64,000 nt of DNA, taken from assembly GCA_964016885.1 (NCBI GenBank), contig OZ024743.1:344720001-344784000 (forward strand), written 5' to 3'. The translations under genes were made by a program, and so were the position numbers. Each line of letters opens with the position of its first letter. Position 1 is the stretch's first letter. The notes below the pieces were generated by a model. The model was not told the DNA's origin and did not search any database. It saw only the letters and a list, made by a program, of their open reading frames with translations. The stretch comes from Eledone cirrhosa (lineage: Eukaryota). Shown here piece after piece: positions 56,148 through 64,000 of this stretch.

Positions 56148-57370
56148 TAGTCTTGATTTGCTTCCTTCTTTGTACTATGCCCTATCAATGAAACTCGAGC
56201 CGAGGATAAGAACCTTTGGAATCATTAAGTCTGCTGGAAATATTTTTGGAACATTCTTTATATAACACCCTACGTGTTTTAAAATGTTTGATCATGGAGT
56301 AAATTACAATATCTCATTCCTATCTTCATTACCTCAGTTGTATGTTCATCCTGATTCCCGCTTTTCTACTTTAATAAATAAGCCATATTAACATATAATG
56401 TAGTTCAAGTCTCAGATGAACCATATACTTCTTTGTTCACTCTTTGTTAGGCTTTACTAATTGAGTCATATGACACATAGGAACCATATTCTTCCTGATT
56501 CACTCTTTGTTACTTTAGTATCTGAGCCATAATACCATCATATAATGTAGCTATGTCACAGATGTTATTATTACTGTGGTGTTGGGCCTCAGTCTGTTCA
56601 GAAAATGAGTGTTCCAGATGATTCAATCAATGGAACAGCAGGCTCGCGAACTGAACCTGCAAGTGGCTAATCATTACACAAACACACACATTTAATATAG
56701 ATCTAAAGGAGATTAAGCGTGACACAGAGTGTGTCACGGTTGGCATATTCAACCACATGTACAACTCATTTTTGCCAGGTGAGTTGATTCGAGCAAGGTG
56801 AAATAAAATATCTTGTTCAAGGACAGACACAACACGTCACCGGGGAATCAGAACCACGATCTTACGATCGTGAGCCAAACATCCCAGCCAACAAGCCGTG
56901 CACATTTACAACTAATTTAACCGTAACCGTAACTGCAAGGCTAAATAATTTGTTTCAATATACAACATTGTTGTCAGAACTGGGAGAAAACATTTATACA
57001 GTTAAAATCTTTATTTAAAGACCTTTCTGCGTCCGCACCAGTAATCGATACATTATCTAGAAACTTTTATTAGAGAGAGAAATTACAGGCAATCAAACCT
57101 CACTGGAACAACATCGACCATATCATTTCTCGCAAATAGATTTGTGGGTATAAACAAGCAAGTTGTCTCCCCTTACCATGCGAAATTTTTTATTACATTT
57201 CCTCTGACTCTTTCCACTTCTGACTACCTAGTTTTCTCACTGGCTCCGCCTCCCTCCTCGCTCTGTATTACTACTTCCACACACACATAAAGATATATAC
57301 ACACAACCCCAAACATATATACACGCATGCACTCACTGTTACTTTCTCCGCCTCCATATATATATATATA

Positions 57371-57405
<35 letters not shown>

Positions 57406-57416
57406 ATATATATATA

Positions 57417-57469
<53 letters not shown>

Positions 57470-57520
57470 ATATATATATACCTATACCTATATACATATA
57501 CCTATATATATATATATATA

Positions 57521-57560
<40 letters not shown>

Positions 57561-58025
57561 TACATATATCATACACACGCGCAAATATATATCAATATAT
57601 ATCATGTCTTGTTTATTTCGCTCTATCTATCTTTCTCTGTCTCTCCTCAGTTTTTATTCTTCATTCGGTGGACAGTGTCAAGAAAATTATAGACTAGTTC
57701 GAATAGAAAAGCTCATTAAATGTTGAAATTGATGATCTTCATCCTGGACCCAGCATTATTGCTATTTAATTTGCTGGCAAGATTGTTACCAATAATTCCA
57801 GTCTGCTTTCTTCAAACTGCCTATTGTGTGTTCTCTCCAAGAATCGTTATGATTGGATAAATTCCATTTAACAAAACTATTTTTGGTACTCTCCCACTCC
57901 TCCGCTCTTTCTCTTTAAAAGCTTCTTACCACTAAAAGTTTTTGGCCACGTCGATGGTTGATCTAAGTAGTTATTTGTTTTTACTCTGGTCAGGTGCTAC
58001 ATATATATATATACACACACATACA

Positions 58026-58118
<93 letters not shown>

Positions 58119-58799
58119 GCGTACGTCCGTGGTATATATATATATATATATATATGTGTATATACATACATATATATGCACGCGTGAATGAAGTGTGTCT
58201 GTGTGTAAAAACACATACATACATACACACAGACAGACATATATATATATACACGTGTATATTGTGTGATGCTGATGGTGTAGTGGTGCTATAGTAAGGT
58301 TTTGTTTGTTCATACACTATTTATTTATTGGTATTGTGATTTATTCTTTCATTTGCTTTAGAAAATTGCCAATTTCAAAACAACCCATATTTTTTGTTCT
58401 CATCTTACTAAAAACTAATTTCTCCTACTTATTTTGTCTTTTTCCCGCCTATATTTATCTACATTACCTCCCTTATTATATATATTACATTATTCTATAT
58501 TTATCCTTCTCTTGATAACAACTCCAATCCTGCTAACTTTAAATCTCGAGCCAACGCAGGTACCCACAAGTAAATGACAAGGTGGTTTTATACTTTGCCA
58601 CTGGATGCTAGAAATAGCAGCCATATTAGCATCTTAAATTAAGAAAACAATTATGACGTAATATAATCTTAGGTATCTTTAAAATGATTAGATGGTCATG
58701 GTTGGAAAGATTTGGATCACATATTTGCTCTACCAGCAAGAACGAAATATCAATATAATGTCAATGTTTATTCACATGTGACGCGCGTTTCGCGATCGA

Positions 58800-61000
58800 T
58801 CCATCGGAAGTGCTCGAGCCCGATTCTTGAATTGATAGTTCATCAGACTTGAAGGTTTTCAAATCAATAGTTCATCAGATTTTTGGATTCCTGAATCCCC
58901 AAGTCCGATGTGCTATCGATTCCACAGTCGGACCCGGTGAACCTTACGTTTACATGCCAGACTTGTTCGCTGACCTCTTGGCAGATCTCTACTGCTACTG
59001 GTAGCAGAACGGGTGAATTCTCAACTTTGAGAGCCGCGGAGTGGTGGCGCTGCATAGAAAAGACCCGGACAAGAAGGACAATATAGATAATTTTAGGCCC
59101 ATATCTCTGCTAAATGCAGAGTTCAAAATTTTGGCCAAGGTATTAGCAACGAGGTTGCCGCTTGTCGTCGGCGATCTGGTAGGGGGGAGACAGACATGTA
59201 CCATTCCTAAGAGAACCATCCATGACAATCTCCATCTCATGCGATATATCATAAAGGAGTTGATTAATGAACGTGGAACGCGTGGGGCACTGGTTTACTT
59301 GAATCAATCGAATGCGTTCCATAGGGTCGACCATCGATACCAGGTAACGATCTTCAAAGCAGCAGGATTTGGGCCAGTTTTCAGGGGATGGATCGCTGCT
59401 ATGCACAGTGACATCTGCTCTCTGCTCACCTCTCGGAATCTTTCAATATCATGTGTTCGGTTCGCAAAGGCCGACCCTCTCGTCTCTGTTGTATGTATTG
59501 ACTCTCGAGTCACTATTACACAACTTAGAGACGTTGAGGGGCATCCCACGTGAACAAGAACATGGAAGATCTGCATTGAGGTGATCGGCATTGCTCTGAA
59601 AGAATACGAAGCGCTGGCGGGAGCGAAAATCAACCAGGAAAAGTCCGTGGGTCTGCAATTCTGTCCAACAGTGACGTCGGACGCTGGTCGGACGGGACGG
59701 TTAAATTACTCGGGATCTGGTTTGTTCCTGACCCCCAGATGGACAGAAACTGGAATGTAGTGACGAAAAGAGTGGCCAATCTCACTCAGAAACGGGCCGA
59801 AATAAAGCTGCTGAAATAAAGGTAGGGCAGAGGTGGCGAACGCATACATCGCGTCCGTCATCTACTAATGCTTGACCGTCATACCTTGTCCGAAGCGCCG
59901 CCTGATTGCACTGGAGTGTTTGCTCTTCCGCTTCTTGTGGAAGGGATGCGTTCCGATGGTCAGGCGGTCCACCTGCTGTCAACACCCGCTGCGTGGAGGA
60001 CTGGGAATGCTGTGGCTGATGATGCGCAGACATGCGCTGAGGCTACGACATCTCCATCTTTTCCTTAACAGTGAATGGGTGTGGTTGCTGTTCAGCAGAT
60101 GCGTGTTTCCCCAGCTCGTATCTTTAATGGAGCTACAGTCTTTGGTTAAGCGGAGACCGCGAGAGAGCGCTTGGAAACTCGAATGTGTTCAAGCGCTTAC
60201 AGCCCTTCGCCAATCGGACATGATCAGGGAATCTTCACCTTAGCGTTAGTGACGGATAAAGCGACGGCGTTCTTAGGGAAAGACGTCGACGAAAATGAAC
60301 TAGCCAATTTTTGGGGGGAGATCATTGGGTCCAGGGCCCATGGATAGTTTCCAGAAATCCCTGGCCTGGCAGTGCTACCGAAGAGCTTTGCCAGTTCGAG
60401 ATAAACTCTACAGACATGGAAGTGCCGTCAGCCGAGCTGTGCACAGGGCGACGGAACTGTCCTGCACGCAATCGTCCAGTGTCCGAACATTCCTGACTTG
60501 TGGGTTTATGTCGAACACCAGCTGTCGAATGTAGGACAGATTCGGTTATCAACTGAATCCATTCTGAAGATTGCCCTGCCGCCTTCATTTAGTCAAGAGA
60601 GGCAGGCTTTCTTTTTATATATCTGGTGGCTATGATGAAAGAGGTTGTATGGTGGAAACGCTTGAAAGGTTTGAAGACGAGCACTTTCTTCTTTGACGAA
60701 GCCCTGATTAGCTTCAAGTTTCTCATGAGGAGGAAAATCAGGGTGGAGAGTGACGTGCTGACTTCAAAGCAATTTGTTGACAGGTGGGTGAGAGAAGTGA
60801 GCATGGACCGAGTAAATGGGCCCGCTCTGAGTGTGAGCCTGTAGATTGGAGCGGTACAACTGCGTTAGGTCACTTACCCTAGAGATCAAGGCATCCGTGG
60901 TGTTATGGGGCTTTTATCCACGAATGACTCTCGAAAGACTCCTTCCTATTGATCAACATTTTTTGTTTTAATGTTTTAATTTTATTGTTATCTTCTTTAT
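58800..61000 (+). pseudogene. Decayed L1/Tx1-clade LINE ORF2 (RT to C-terminus)
   Basis: NFRPISLLNAEFKILAKVLATRL, RTIHDNL, NAFHRVDH, LSSLLYVL, GAKINQEKS, LLGIWF, GGLGM, WQCYRRALPVRDKL. Many frameshifts. Confidence 0.88.
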
Positions 61001-61687
61001 TTGACATTGTTAAAATGTATTTACACGCAAAATCCACACAGCAACACATACACGCACACATACACACACTCTATGTTTTCATCCTGTACTGTCAGAATGT
61101 TTTTCTTGGTGTAAACCTTTTGTGGTTAATAACGGATTCACTATTATTACTATTATTACTATTATTACTATTAACGCTTTTCTTCTTAACGATACCGAAA
61201 ATGTAGAATCCCATATCGGTAGCCGTAGAGAAGTCGTAAAGAGCGATAACATAACTATAAATCCTGGGCTTAACAACAAACCTTCATGGCAGCATGGCCT
61301 CTGTTCACCGACAGACGATAGTAAAAAAGATGTTGATATACTTATTGGGAGGGTGGTTCGATCCCATCGTGTGTCATCTTGGGTAAGTGTTATTTACCAT
61401 AACTTCGTTTCGATCTATGCTTTTAAGTGAAAATGAATGGACGGAAACTGTTTGGAAGCCCGTCGAAATGATTGTATCTTTAATTGAAAGAGCCAGCATT
61501 TTTATAGTCTGTGTTAAGCTAAAATCTCCTGATATACACGTGTCTATCAAATACTCAACCACATACACGATAACTGCATGAGCCGGTAGGTCCATTAGTC
61601 GAAACTGTCGGAAGTGTAAGAAGAGAGCGTTGGACTAAAGCATTTCTAGTGCAAACTTGCGTGAACCGAAAATCGAAACCGAATCTC

Positions 61688-61761
<74 letters not shown>

Positions 61762-62075
61762 GAGAGAGAGAGAGAGATTGACAGGGGGTATTAAATGTGT
61801 TTACCTCTTGTTCTAATGGTGTATAGTGTTCTTAGACAAGACAAAAATCATATATCAAAGTGATTGCAAGTAAGTTTAAGAAATTAAGAAAAGTGAGTTT
61901 TAATCACCTGAAATCCTCTTCTCAGAATAATGGTCTCCGTTGTAGTCATAATTTGTTTGGAGAGGTGATTGATGGCAGTGATGAGGAATGGTTGTGGTCG
62001 GGGTGAGAGAGGCTTGCGTACAGAATGAGGTTGTTGGTGTATGCAGATGGCGACATAACACATTTCTCATCCCTC

Positions 62076-62108
<33 letters not shown>

Positions 62109-62347
62109 CATATATATACATATATATATATATACATATATATACATATATATATATATACATATATATGTGTGTATATGTATATACACACCACATATAT
62201 ATGTAGATATATAATAGATATACACATATATGTGTGTATATGTATATAGTACACACACATATATATGTGTATATATATATAATATATATACATAGATATG
62301 TTAATATCAGTGTGTGTGTATGTATGTATTTATAAATATATGTGTGC

Positions 62348-62447
<100 letters not shown>

Positions 62448-62829
62448 GTATATATATATATATATATATATAGATACATATATATATGTATATACGTACA
62501 TTGGAAGATATTAATGACGATCTGGCATGATGTTTTTCAGCACTTTTGCACACGTCTACAAAACGTCTGCAAAAGTTCTTAGCAATAGCAACGTGAGTAA
62601 ACACCATTAATTTCTAAAAGAAGATTGAACATTGTAGTAAGCGGAGTAAAGAGCAATAGATTTAGGTTGAAGGTACTGAGTAGTTTGGATGAGAATGTTG
62701 AGATGCTGGGGGACTGCGGGCTAAGATGTATGAGGAAGTGAGGGGGGGGGTGGAGTGGTACTGGTCATTGGTGAGGGGGGGGTAGGAGGTGTGAGTATGA
62801 TGTGTGTATTTGTGTATTGTGTGTGAGTG

Positions 62830-62859
62830 TGTATATATATATAGTATATATATATATAG

Positions 62860-62901
<42 letters not shown>

Positions 62902-62981
62902 TATATACACATTTACAGTTATATATATATTATATATATATATATATAACACATTTACATATCATATATATATATATATTA

Positions 62982-63036
<55 letters not shown>

Positions 63037-63116
63037 TTACATACATATATTATATATATATATGTATATATAGCACATTTTCACATATACATATAGATAT
63101 ATATATATATTATATA

Positions 63117-63167
<51 letters not shown>

Positions 63168-63205
63168 ATATTATATATATATCTAGCGGTGTATATTGTG
63201 TCGCG

Positions 63206-63239
<34 letters not shown>

Positions 63240-63352
63240 ATATATGTGTATATATTATATAGTATATATGTGTGTATATACAGATTTACATATACATTTA
63301 TATATTATATATATATATATGCATATACACATTACATATATATATTATATAT

Positions 63353-63388
<36 letters not shown>

Positions 63389-63747
63389 CTATATATACTA
63401 TATATATATATGTATATACACACATATATGTATGTGTGTATGTATGCATGTATATATACATGTATGAACACACACATATATATATATGCGCGCTTGTGTG
63501 TAATCTGTGTCTTGAGAGAGGGAGGGAGAGAGAAAAGTGAGAGCGAGTTTAGGCCGTTTACCTTAAATATATATGTGGGTATAAGATTTATTTATATGTG
63601 TGTATATATGTGTATATTATATATGATGACATTTCACGTACATTGTGCCATACACATGTTTTCAGTTTCCTTTCTACCTTACATATGTGTGTGCGTAGAG
63701 TCTATCTATCTAGCGTAGAGTCTATCTATCTATCTATCTATATATAT

Positions 63748-63815
<68 letters not shown>

Positions 63816-63816
63816 T

Positions 63817-63858
<42 letters not shown>

Positions 63859-63859
63859 C

Positions 63860-63958
<99 letters not shown>

Positions 63959-64000
63959 CATACATACATACATATGTATATATATATATATATATATATA
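62830..64000. repeat. (TA)n-dominated microsatellite field (representative of dozens of TA/CA/CATA/GATA arrays in the window)
   Basis: Direct reading. Confidence 0.95.

Overview
AT-rich, microsatellite-saturated animal genomic DNA. The SINE families and repeat composition suggest an octopus or other coleoid cephalopod (inference). Almost all ORF-track entries are translations of simple repeats. Reading splice sites by hand gives one intact six-exon host gene on the + strand (CDS 8448-46918, 504 nt, 167 aa) that the ORF track essentially misses: signal peptide, two tandem six-cysteine modules (C-x7-C-x16-C-x8-C-x8-C-x11-C) and a GPI-anchor-type C-terminus. The two modules arose by genomic duplication, and their flanking introns are much more conserved than their exons. 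The 25.7-kb third intron is a nest of Penelope-like retroelements (Naiad-type, Neptune-type and others). These sit in (TA)n arrays, are mostly built as head-to-head inverted structures, and carry type I hammerhead ribozyme (HHR) motifs (about 15 intact or degenerate in the window). Other contents: tiny fold-back elements centred on an HHR stem II, many tRNA-derived SINEs (including serial same-site and palindromic insertions), a Helitron RepHel relic, a non-autonomous Helitron, MITEs, and RTE-, Tx1/L1- and CRE-like LINE fragments.
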